Positions 31,952 through 40,834 of a DNA stretch of 64,000 nucleotides are shown in pieces. The position numbers were made by a program, and so were the translations under genes. This stretch comes from an uncultured delta proteobacterium (GTDB lineage Bacteria; Desulfobacterota; Desulfuromonadia; Desulfuromonadales; JACZKF01), in assembly GCA_963816395.1 (NCBI GenBank), contig CAWFKQ010000008.1:96001-160000 (forward strand), written 5' to 3'. Each line of letters starts with the position of its first letter. Position 1 is the first letter of the stretch. The notes below the pieces were generated by a model. It saw only the letters and a list, made by a program, of their open reading frames with translations, did no database searches and was not told where the DNA came from.

Positions 31952-32449
31952 TCAATAGGACTTGCGAAAGACGGTCTTGTGGCATTTCGGGCAGGGCGGG
32001 ATACGCACCGTGGCGGTTAGATGCATCTCGCCGCCGCAGTTTCGGCAGGTCAGTTTTCCGAGGCTGGTGACTTCGCCGGTGTGATACTCCAGCTGCCTCT
32101 CGGTCTTTTCTGCTAGCTCGCCGAGTGTCTCGGCGGCACTTTTCATAAGCCGCGCCAGCGTACTCTGCATCCCTGCTCCCAGCCGCTGCGGATCGACGGC
32201 TTTCTTCAGGGCCTCCCGAGTCTTGAGCGCCTGGTTACCTAAATGGGAAATGTCCCGCCGGATAAAACCGCTGATTTTTTCTGCTTGTCCGCGGGAGAAG
32301 TCGCCGGCCGACGAGAGTTCCTCTCTTGCCTTCAGCAGTGCTTCGTCAATTCCTTTCCGGCTGCTCTCCAGCAGCTCGGCGGTGCGGGCCGCCAGCTTTT
32401 CGTAAAGGCCGATTTCCTGCTGTTCCTGCTTGTCATCCTGCTCGGTCAT
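31952..32449 (-). CDS. Zinc-ribbon-containing protein (DUF1451-like)
   Basis: YHTGEVTSLGKLTCRNCG...IPPCPKCHKTVF. Confidence 0.8.
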   Translation of the reverse strand: MTEQDDKQEQQEIGLYEKLAARTAELLESSRKGIDEALLKAREELSSAGDFSRGQAEKISGFIRRDISHLGNQALKTREALKKAVDPQRLGAGMQSTLARLMKSAAETLGELAEKTERQLEYHTGEVTSLGKLTCRNCGGEMHLTATVRIPPCPKCHKTVFRKSY

Positions 32450-32620
32450 GGCATCACTCCGCGTTTGGGGAAAGGATTTGTTGTGGTATAATTCTACCAC
32501 ATTTCATTAATTACCCACCGTGGGGGAAAAAACTAAAAACAATCGGCTGGTTGGAGCGGGCCTTCCATGGCACTGCGGCTTCGGCGGCGGCAATGCGATG
32601 GCGTCCCGACGGAGGTCTTC

Positions 32621-33859
32621 ATGTACACATCGGTGAATGCGGGAAGAAACACCATTGCCATGGTCCTGGCGGGAGGCAAGGGAGAACGGCTGAGCCCCCT
32701 GACCCTGCGGCGGCCGAAGCCGAGTATCGCCTTCGGCGGCAAGTACAAGATCATCGACTTCGTCCTGAGCAATCTCTTCAACTCCGGGATCAAGCGGGTC
32801 TACATCCTCACTCAGTACCGGGCCTACTCGCTGAACAAGCACATCCGCGAGTCCTGGGGCAAGTGGACCGGCCTCGGCGAGTTCTTCGTCGCCATCTCGC
32901 CGGAGACCCGCAGCGAGAGTGAGGAATGGTTCAAGGGAACGGCCGATGCCATTCTTCAGTACCTGCGCTTCGTCGAGCATTCCGACGCCGATTACGTGGC
33001 GATTTTCGGCGGTGACCACATCTACCGCATGGATATCGCCCAGATGGTGGAATTTCACCGCGGCAACCGGGCGGACATGACTCTCGCCGCCTTGGAGGTG
33101 ACGCCCGAGGAGGCGACCCGCTTCGGCATTCTCGCCGTCGACGACGATTCCCGGGTCACTGCCTTCGTCGAAAAACCGGCCGACCCGCCGCGCATTCCCG
33201 ATCGGGAAACCTGTTTCGCCTCCATGGGGAATTACATTTTCTCCACCCGCAAGCTCATCGAGGTCCTGCTCGAAGGCAAGAAGCGGCACGAGGCTCTGGA
33301 TTTTGGCAAGCACGTGATTCCGATGATGCTGGAACAGGGGGACCGGGTTTTCGCCTATAATTTCAATGATAACCTGATCCCCGGGATGAAACAGGAGGAG
33401 CGCGGCTACTGGCGGGATGTGGGGACGATCGACTCCTACTACGAGGCAAACATGGATCTGATCCACGCCTCCCCGCAGCTCAACCTGTACAACTACAAGT
33501 GGCCGATCCTCACCAATCAGGGGAACCTGCCCCCGGCCAAGACCATCTTTGACCAAGACGAGCGCCGCGGCGTCAACATCGATTCCTATGTCTGTGCCGG
33601 CTGCATCACCAGCGGCGGCACCGTGCGGCGCTCGATTATCGGTCCCCGCTCGCGGATCAACAGCTATTCCCTGGTGGAGGATTCCATCCTTTTTGAAAAT
33701 GTCCAGGTCGGCCGGCACGCCAGAATTCGCCGGGCCATCATCGACAAGAATCTGGTCATCCCGGACGGCACCAGCATCGGTTACGAGCAGGACGAAGATC
33801 GACGCCGCGGCTACACCGTCACCGAAACGGGTATCGTCGTCGTTCCCAGCGTCGTCTAG
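32621..33859 (+). CDS. glgC: Glucose-1-phosphate adenylyltransferase
   Basis: VLAGGKGERLSPLT, FGGKYKIIDF, WFKGTADA, GDHIYRMD, FVEKP, ASMGNY, YWRDVGT. Confidence 0.95.
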   Translation: MYTSVNAGRNTIAMVLAGGKGERLSPLTLRRPKPSIAFGGKYKIIDFVLSNLFNSGIKRVYILTQYRAYSLNKHIRESWGKWTGLGEFFVAISPETRSESEEWFKGTADAILQYLRFVEHSDADYVAIFGGDHIYRMDIAQMVEFHRGNRADMTLAALEVTPEEATRFGILAVDDDSRVTAFVEKPADPPRIPDRETCFASMGNYIFSTRKLIEVLLEGKKRHEALDFGKHVIPMMLEQGDRVFAYNFNDNLIPGMKQEERGYWRDVGTIDSYYEANMDLIHASPQLNLYNYKWPILTNQGNLPPAKTIFDQDERRGVNIDSYVCAGCITSGGTVRRSIIGPRSRINSYSLVEDSILFENVQVGRHARIRRAIIDKNLVIPDGTSIGYEQDEDRRRGYTVTETGIVVVPSVV

Positions 33860-33965
33860 TGCCCCTTCTGCTCAGTTTGTCCTCAGTCGATTAATCTCGA
33901 CCCGAGCATTGACGGGGCAGCCGCAACCGATAAACTTTAGTTTAATCCAACAGGAGGTGAATACC

Positions 33966-34145
33966 ATGGCTGAAGACGATTGCCTGAACCCGGAAAAACA
34001 TTGCGACCTGCATGCCTGCCAGTTGGCTTATAAAGAGAGAAACCCGGAAATCGACAAGATCTACCAGGATCCGCGTTTTGTCTGCACCAACTGCGGCGCC
34101 CGTGTCCATGCCGCCGAAAACCTCTGCCGGCCGAAACCGATCTGA
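33966..34145 (+). CDS. Small Cys/His-rich putative metal-binding protein (59 aa)
   Basis: Strong RBS AGGAGGTG; MAEDDCLNPEKHCDLHAC...CTNCG...NLCRPKPI. Confidence 0.7.
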   Translation: MAEDDCLNPEKHCDLHACQLAYKERNPEIDKIYQDPRFVCTNCGARVHAAENLCRPKPI

Positions 34146-34243
34146 TGCCGGCTTGTCCGACTTTCGTGCCCGCCCTTTGCATTCCTCGGCGCGCAACGCT
34201 CGCGCCGGGGGCAATGGGGGGCTTTCTTCCACTCGCTTGCGCC

Positions 34244-36377
34244 TCACCCCCCCTCCAGCACCTCCGCTAGATCCTCCGCATCCGTCACCGGCGGCAGACA
34301 GGTGTTGTCGCGGCAGACCCAGGCGGCAGGCCGGCCGGCCACCGGCCCCTTGCCGGCGACCGGCGGCGCAAGCTCATCCAACCGGCTGTCGCCCGGGTGC
34401 TGCAGCAGAACCAGGACCTCCGGACGGAAGCTCCTGCTGATCGCCTGCAGCAGTTGCCGCGGCGGATTCCCGTCGGGGCTCGCCAGGACCACCTCGGTGC
34501 GCGGGCCGAGGGCGTAATCGAGGGCGATGAGGAGCTGGGGGTAGGCGGACGGGTAGCGCTCCGCCTGCGGCAGGCACAGGCGCAGGAGCCGCTCCCCACG
34601 CTCTTCCAGGATGCTGTCGCCGGTCATGCGGGCCAGCCGCAGCAGGTTCAGGGCCTGCACTGAAGTTCCGGAAGGGAGAGCGCCATCCTGCAGCGAGCGG
34701 CCGCGGGTGAGCACCGTCTCGGCATCGGCGCCGGTGTCGTAATAGCCACCCCGGCCATCCGCGAACAGTTCCTCCGTCTGCTCGGTCAAGTCCCGCGCCG
34801 CCGCTAGATGGCGGGTTGCAAAGTTTGACTGGTAGAGTTCGCACAGCCCCCAGGTGAAGAAGGCGTAATCCTCGAGGAAGGCCGGTATGGCCGCCTCGCC
34901 CTGCCGGTAGCGGCGCAGCAGGCGGCCGTCGCCGGTGCGCAGTCGGGAGAGGATGAAATCGGCCGCCCGGCCGGCCGCCAGGTGGTATTCTTCGTTCCCG
35001 AGCACGGCCGCCGCCCGCGCCAGAGCGGCGATCGCCAGTCCGTTCCAGCCGGTGAGGATCTTGTCGTCCCGGTGCGGCCGCGGGCGGTTGCTGCGGGTCG
35101 GCGAGGAGCCTTCGCCTCCCCTCGGCCAGCAGGCTCGCCAGATGCTGCGGGTCGACCTCGGTCCGCCGGGCGAGGGCCTCGAGGTCCTCGGCCAGGTGCG
35201 GGATGTTCTTTCCCTCGAAATTTCCGGCCTCGGTGATGTCGAAGCTGCGGCAGAAGACGGTTCCCAGATCCTCCCCCAGAACCGCCTTCACCTCGCCCGG
35301 AGTCCACAGGTAAAAGGTTCCCTCGCCCCCCTCCGAATCGGCGTCCTCGCCGCAGTAGAAGCCGCCGTCCGGGTCGAGCAGGTCGCGCAGCAGATACTCG
35401 ATCGTCTCCCGCGCCGCCTGCGCGAAGAAGTCACCGCCGCCCGACTGGAAGGCCTCCAGGCAGGCAAGGATCAGCAGCGCCTGATCGTAAAGCATCTTTT
35501 CGAAGTGGGGGACAAGCCACTTCTCGTCGACCGCGTAGCGGTGCAGGCCGAAGCCGAGCTGGTCGTAGATCCCGCCCAGGCGAATGGCCTGCAGGGTCTG
35601 CAGGGCCATCGTCCTTGCCGTTTCTTCGCCGCTGCGCCGCCAGTGACGCAGTAACAGGGAGAGGGTATGTGGCATCGGGAACTTGGGGGCCGTACCGAAG
35701 CCGGCGAAGCGCCGGTCGAAGCTGGCCGTCAATTGCTCGCCGGCCTGCCGCAGGGGCGCCGTCGAGAGTGGCCGCTCTTCGCCGCCGGCCGTCTCCAGGC
35801 GCTGCAACTCCCGCTGGATTTCGCTGCCGGTCTGTTGCAGGCGCGAACGGTCGGCGTGCCAGATCTCGGCAACCTTCTGCAGGATTTCCGTCAGGCCGGC
35901 CATCCCGCGGCGGTTCGTTTTCGGCAGGTAAGTGGCGGCAAAAAATGGTTTTTTATCCGGAGCGAGAATTAGTGTGAGAGGCCAGCCGCCGCTGCCGGTC
36001 AGCATCTGGCAGACCGCCATATAGGTGGCGTCGATATCCGGGCGTTCCTCCCGGTCGACTTTGACGGCAACGAAATGGCGGTTGAGAATCCGCGCGACGT
36101 CCGCATCCTCGAACGATTCGTGGGCCATCACATGGCACCAGTGGCAGGTGGAGTAGCCGATGGAGAGAAAGACGGGCTTGTCCTCGCCGGCGGCACGGGC
36201 GAAGGCCTCTTCCCCCCAGGGGTGCCAGTCGACCGGGTTCTCGGCGTGCTGCAGCAGGTAAGGGCTCCTGCTGAAAATCAGTCGATTGTACCCGTCCCCG
36301 CCGTCCGGCGGCAGAGCGGAGGTGTCGACCTGCGACAGGCGGGAGACCGGGTCATCCTGCGAAATCGGCCGCATCAT
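34244..36377 (-). CDS. yyaL: YyaL/SPATA20-like protein (thioredoxin-like plus six-hairpin domain); frameshifted
   Basis: [66 protein letters not shown]. Confidence 0.9.
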
Positions 36378-36493
36378 TCTCTCCTTCGCTATTTTAATAC
36401 AACTTTAACACTCGGAGGGGGTATGGCAATCAATCGATTGGCGGGAGGGTGGGGTGCTTAAGATGCGTGGGGAGAAACCCGGGTCATGCCAGG

Positions 36494-36562
36494 AAAAATT
36501 GCCCCGTGAAGGAGGGGGAATCACGGGGCCAGATCCTTGGCCGGTTTTGGGTAGCCAAGGAG
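36494..36562 (-). ncRNA. Candidate small RNA 2 (5' hairpin plus a terminator hairpin with a CCCCCUCC loop)
   Basis: Minus strand CCTTGGC...GCCAAGG hairpin, then GCCCCGTGA-TTCCCCCTCCT-TCACGGGGC-AATTTTT. Confidence 0.45.
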
Positions 36563-36601
36563 AAATATGTTAAATAAGTCCGAATATGTTCCACGCTAGA
36601 T

Positions 36602-36673
36602 AAAAAAGGACCCCGGGCACGGAGGGGGGTGTGCTCGGGGTCCGGCTCACCCAGCCTTGCGGCCGAATGAACG
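36602..36673 (-). ncRNA. Candidate small RNA 1 (terminator hairpin with a CCCCCCUCC loop) with its own sigma-70 promoter
   Basis: Minus strand GGACCCCGAGCAC-ACCCCCCTCC-GTGCCCGGGGTCC-TTTTTT, with a promoter immediately upstream. Confidence 0.5.
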
Positions 36674-36679
36674 AATCAG

Positions 36680-36708
36680 ATAATAGCCGTAATGCAACCT
36701 GTTGACAA
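36680..36708 (-). promoter_or_regulatory. Putative sigma-70 promoter for candidate sRNA 1
   Basis: Minus strand TTGTCA-17 nt-TATTAT. Confidence 0.55.
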
Positions 36709-36767
36709 GATAAAATTTCCTAATTCAGGATATTCTCGCCCCCGGTTCCGGCGGGGGTAGCTTGCGG

Positions 36768-37853
36768 TTAACTGCGGTCGTTGGCCGCGCTGCGGCGCTC
36801 ATTCTCCTGTTTCTGCTCTGCGTTGTGATAGGTGTAGGTGTCGCCCTGATAGTTCTTCAGCACCACCTCGGCGCCGAGTGACTGCAGGTAATCGGGAAGA
36901 AGCGGAATCTTGCCGCCGCCGCCGGGGGCGTCGATGACATAGGCGGGAACGCCCATCCCGGAGGTGTGGCCGCGCAGGGCGCGGACGATCTCGATCCCCT
37001 CCTCGACGGTGGTGCGGAAGTGATCGGTCCCCTGCACCATGTCCGCCTGGTAGATGTAGTAAGGTTTCACCCGGATGGCCAGCAGTTTCTGCATCAGCCG
37101 TTTCATCACCTGCGGGTCGTCGTTGACGCCGCGCAGCAGCACCGTCTGGTTGCCCAGGGGGATGCCGACATCGGCCAGCCGGGCGCAGGCCTTGGACGCG
37201 GCTTCGGTGATTTCGTCCGGGTGGTTGAAATGGGTATTGAGATACAGCGGGTGATAACGGCGCAGCACCCGCACCAGGGCCGGGGTGATGCGCTGCGGCA
37301 GAACGACCGGTACCCGGGTGCCGATGCGGATAATCTCCACCGTCGGGATCGCCCGCAGTTCCCGGAGAATCCAGTCCAGCCGCTCATCCGCCAGCAGTAG
37401 CGGATCGCCGCCGGAGAGAATGACGTCGCGGACCTCCGGGCGGCTGCGGATGTAGTCGAGACCCTGCTCGATCGTCTGCCGGGTGATCACCATGTGCTCG
37501 CCGCCGACCTTGCGCTTGCGGGTGCAGAAGCGGCAGTACATGGCGCACTCGGAGCAGACGAGGAACAGGACACGGTCCGGATAGCGATGGACCAGGTTGG
37601 GTACCGGGCTCTGATTCTCCTCTTCCAGGGGGTCGGCGCAGCAGACGCTGTCCTGCAGTTCCTCTTCGGCCGGCACCGCCTGCCGCCAGATGGGGTCGCC
37701 GACCGATTTGATCAGGCTCAGATAGTAGGGGTTGACGCGCATCGGGTAGCGCTCGGCAACCTCTTCCAGGGAACGGGGATCGATCCCGAAACGACGGGTC
37801 AGGTCGCCGGGACGAGTGATACTCTCCTGCAGAAGTTTTTGCCAGGTCTCCAT
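36768..37853 (-). CDS. kamA: KamA-family radical SAM/PLP aminomutase (probable lysine 2,3-aminomutase)
   Basis: LVHRYPDRVL, CAMYCRFCTRKR (CxxxCxxC), SGGDPL, HFNHP, NQTVLLRGVND, YVIDAPGGGGK (PLP lysine). Confidence 0.92.
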   Translation of the reverse strand: METWQKLLQESITRPGDLTRRFGIDPRSLEEVAERYPMRVNPYYLSLIKSVGDPIWRQAVPAEEELQDSVCCADPLEEENQSPVPNLVHRYPDRVLFLVCSECAMYCRFCTRKRKVGGEHMVITRQTIEQGLDYIRSRPEVRDVILSGGDPLLLADERLDWILRELRAIPTVEIIRIGTRVPVVLPQRITPALVRVLRRYHPLYLNTHFNHPDEITEAASKACARLADVGIPLGNQTVLLRGVNDDPQVMKRLMQKLLAIRVKPYYIYQADMVQGTDHFRTTVEEGIEIVRALRGHTSGMGVPAYVIDAPGGGGKIPLLPDYLQSLGAEVVLKNYQGDTYTYHNAEQKQENERRSAANDRS

Positions 37854-37872
37854 CCTCTTCAGCGCTCCTTCT

Positions 37873-38341
37873 TCAGGCGAAGCGTTTGACATAGGTGATG
37901 CGGTCATCACCGGGACGGTAGAAATCACGAATACGGGATTCCTCCAGATAGCCGGCGCGGTCGTAAAAAAGGCGGGTGCGCGCATAGCTTCCCTGGGAGG
38001 AGGTCTCCAGGCAGACCATCCGTCCCCCGCGGGTTTGGGCATCGTCTCTCGGCGTAAAAAAGCAGTCGCTGGCCAAAGCCCTTCCCCTGCACCGCCGGGT
38101 CGGTGGCGATCCAGTAAACATCGAAATTCCCCTCGGTAAGGGGAACCGGGCCATAAAGGATATAGCCGACGACCGCCCCGCCTTCTTCGGCGACCGCGAC
38201 CTGGTAATCCTGCTGCCGGGGGTCTTTGCTGACGATTTCCAGCAGCTCCATGGCGCAGGCGACTTCAGCCTCCGTAAATGCCCCGGTAGCGCGCAGGATG
38301 CGTTCGAGGGACGGCAGGTCGGCAGCCTTAAGATTTCGCAT
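37873..38341 (-). CDS. GNAT-family N-acetyltransferase; frameshift near 38045
   Basis: VYWIATDPAVQGKGFGQRLL (acetyl-CoA motif), then LETSSQGSYARTRLFYDRAGY. Confidence 0.88.
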
Positions 38342-39344
38342 GCAGAGCCTCCTTGCGTTTGATCGACATGTTCAGGATGCCTTCGATAAGCTTGGGGTAG
38401 GGTAATCCTCCCGCCCGGGCGGCCCGGGACAGGCCGGCGTCGGGGGAGATGTCCGGATTGGCGTTGATCTCCAGGATGTAGGGAATGCCGCCGCGCAGTC
38501 GGATATCGACACGGGCGTAATCCCGGCACTCGAGAATCTGGTAGGCGCGCAGGGCCGCATCGCGCAGGAGGAACTCCTCTTCGGTGCTGAGCGGCGCCGG
38601 GCAGACCGGCTCGGTTCCGGCGAATTCCGGCGAGTCCTCGCACCACTTGCCGTCATAACTGACGATGGCGCGGGCGAGTCCGGGCCGGAAGCAGATCTCC
38701 GACAGGGGGAGGGCTTCGGGGGGGGCGTTGCCGATAACGGCGGCGTTGATCTCCCGCCCTTCGATGTACTCCTCCACCAGCGCTCCCTGCCGGTATGTTT
38801 CATGCACATACTGGATGCGCTTCTTCAACTCCCCCTCGCTCTCGACGATACTGGCGGTGGCGATACCCAGCGAGGCGTCCTCGAAGCGCGGTTTGACGAA
38901 CAGCGGGTAGGTGAGATCGCAGGTCCTGGGATATTGCTCCCCCATTTCGACCAGAAGGTACCTGGGGGTGGGCAGGTGGTGGCGCACCAGCAGGTCCTTG
39001 GTGCGGACCTTGTCCTGGGTGAGGCCGAGGGCGAGGGGCGGGGTGCCGGTATAGACGTAACCGAGCAGGTCGAGCAGCGCAGCCACATGCATCTCCTTGC
39101 GGCTGTCGCCCCAGAACCCCTCACACAGGTTGAAGACGATTGCCGGCTCGGCGGCGCGCAGTTCGGTTATGAACCCGGCGAGGTCCGCAGCGAGCGGCAC
39201 CAGGACGGCCTGATGCCCCAGTTCGCGGAGCGCCCTGGCCACGGCGAGGGCTTCCGTCTCCGCCCCTTCCTCGGAGATGCGGTCGCCGGCTTCACCTTTG
39301 AGAAGCTTGGGCGGGACCTGGTTAAAGCATACGGCGACGTTCAT
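38328..39344 (-). CDS. D-Ala-D-Ala-ligase-like ATP-grasp protein B
   Basis: VFNLCEG, QDKVRTK, YPLFVKPRFEDAS, LVEEYIEGREI, CRDYARVDIR, ILEINANPD. Confidence 0.9.
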   Translation of the reverse strand: MNVAVCFNQVPPKLLKGEAGDRISEEGAETEALAVARALRELGHQAVLVPLAADLAGFITELRAAEPAIVFNLCEGFWGDSRKEMHVAALLDLLGYVYTGTPPLALGLTQDKVRTKDLLVRHHLPTPRYLLVEMGEQYPRTCDLTYPLFVKPRFEDASLGIATASIVESEGELKKRIQYVHETYRQGALVEEYIEGREINAAVIGNAPPEALPLSEICFRPGLARAIVSYDGKWCEDSPEFAGTEPVCPAPLSTEEEFLLRDAALRAYQILECRDYARVDIRLRGGIPYILEINANPDISPDAGLSRAARAGGLPYPKLIEGILNMSIKRKEALHAKS

Positions 39345-40398
39345 CCAGGCCCCCTTGGTGCAGATGCAGACGCGCCCTGGCCGCATCGACCACACTGAGA
39401 ATCATGTCCTGGTAGGTAAGTCCCGCTGCCCGCGCCGCCTTGGGGAAACAGCTGTTCTGCTCCGGGCGCGGCAGAATGCCGGGGAGGGGGTTGAGCTCGA
39501 TGACCTGGGGCAGGCCCCGGGCGTCGAGGCGCACGTCGATACGGCACCAGTCGCGGCAGCCCAACACCCGGAAAGTCCGCTTGCAGAGCTCCTCGATCTG
39601 CCGCTGCAACAGCGGCTCCAGGGGGGCCGGACAGGAGAAGATCGACAATGGCTTCTCCTCGGTGTCCCAGATCCATTTGGCTTCGAAAGAGTAGATCGGG
39701 TTGACGCCGTCCGGCAGGCAGTCGAGATTGATCTCGACGATCGGCAGCACCTGCAGGGACGTTCCGTTCCCCAGCAGGGCGACGGTGAATTCCCGCCCGG
39801 GGAGGAATTCCTCGATCAGCGCCGGCTGCCGGTAAGTGGCGAGAATCCATTCGAGTTGCCGGACCAGGCCGCGGCGGTCGCGCACCAGGGCGTTATCGGT
39901 TACGCCCTTGCTGGAGCCTTCCAGGATCGGCTTGACCATCAGCGGATAGCGAAGCCGGGCGGGGATCTCCGCCGGGGAGGCGACCGTCGTAAAACGGGGG
40001 GTGGGGATACGGTGATAAGCCAGGACTTCCTTGGTGCGCCGCTTGTCCAGGCAGATGCCGAGGGTTACCGGATCGCTGCCGGTATAGCGGATCCCCAGCA
40101 TGTCGAGCATGGCCGGGATCTGGGCTTCCCGGCTGCTGCCGAGGAGCCCTTCGGCCATGTTGAACACAAGGTCGGGGCGTATCTGCCGAAATTTGGCAAA
40201 AGCGTCCTCGTCGGCTTCGACCAGTGTTACCTGATGGCGAAGGGCGAGGGCCGACTCAACTGCCTGAATGGTATGAATATCGTCCCATTCGGCATAGAGA
40301 TCGTCGGTGGACTGACCGGGAGGTTCCGCGGGAGGTTCGGCGGGATCCTGCTCGCGAGCGGAATCGCGCCTGAGATTGAAGGCGAGAGCGACGTGCAT
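39322..40398 (-). CDS. D-Ala-D-Ala-ligase-like ATP-grasp protein A
   Basis: VFNMAEG, YTGSD, LDKRRTK, YPLMVKPILEGSSKG, IEEFLPGREF, RIDVRLD, IELNPLPG. Confidence 0.9.
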   Translation of the reverse strand: MHVALAFNLRRDSAREQDPAEPPAEPPGQSTDDLYAEWDDIHTIQAVESALALRHQVTLVEADEDAFAKFRQIRPDLVFNMAEGLLGSSREAQIPAMLDMLGIRYTGSDPVTLGICLDKRRTKEVLAYHRIPTPRFTTVASPAEIPARLRYPLMVKPILEGSSKGVTDNALVRDRRGLVRQLEWILATYRQPALIEEFLPGREFTVALLGNGTSLQVLPIVEINLDCLPDGVNPIYSFEAKWIWDTEEKPLSIFSCPAPLEPLLQRQIEELCKRTFRVLGCRDWCRIDVRLDARGLPQVIELNPLPGILPRPEQNSCFPKAARAAGLTYQDMILSVVDAARARLHLHQGGLDERRRML

Positions 40399-40560
40399 CG
40401 GTAACCCCTTTTATAAGCCAAAAACGCGTCGGATGCCCCCCTGGGGGGGGACGGTTTCGTTCGAAGAGTCCGGGTAGCCGGGAGGCTGGCGGCTATAAAA
40501 AGGGGTTCTTTTTATGCAACGTCGTCTTGCGCACGCCCGGACGGAACTTGACCGTCGATG
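40399..40560 (-). promoter_or_regulatory. Structured ~160-nt 5' leader with an RBS-sequestering helix and an alternative hairpin
   Basis: In the mRNA, AACCCCUUUUUAUAGCC (40507-40491) is complementary to GGCUUAUAAAAGGGGUU (40419-40403) just before the AUG. A competing hairpin is AUAAAAAG-AACCC-CUUUUUAU. Confidence 0.55.
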
Positions 40561-40562
40561 CT

Positions 40563-40591
40563 CGTATACTCCCCTTTAAAATCCTTGTCAA
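40563..40591 (-). promoter_or_regulatory. Putative sigma-70 promoter of the ATP-grasp/GNAT/KamA operon
   Basis: Minus strand TTGACA-17 nt-TATACG. Confidence 0.6.
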
Positions 40592-40834
40592 CGGGAAAAA
40601 ATAAAGAAGAAAATCTCCTTTAAGTTCAGCTGATTGTAACTGGAGCAGGCGGATGTTCAAGGGCTGCGGCCGAGAGAAATTTCGAATTTTGGAAATTCCC
40701 CGAACACCCCCGAAAAAGATCCCCGGCGACGGCCGCGGCCACTGACTCTGAGGTTGCAGCATCAGCCCGGTAAATTTTTTCCTGTTTACTTGTCGACGAC
40801 CCTTCTGCTAAAACTTTAATCTTTCGGAGAACCC

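Noticed and set aside
36423..36461. 12-aa ORF MAINRLAGGWGA behind a GGAGGGGG motif as a possible peptide precursor
   Set aside because: It is on the opposite strand to the ATP-grasp operon, overlaps the likely yyaL promoter region, and has no other support for translation.
38328..40398. Housekeeping ddl or a van-type resistance cluster
   Set aside because: The Ddl substrate-binding motifs are missing, and no mur, vanH, vanX or vanT genes are adjacent.
40396..40420. Leader ending GGGGUUACCGAUG resembles the 3' end of a c-di-GMP-I (GEMM) riboswitch
   Set aside because: The GEMM core (GGCAAA, a GNRA-capped P2, GACGCAAAG, the tetraloop receptor) is not visible upstream. The region is kept only as an unassigned structured leader.
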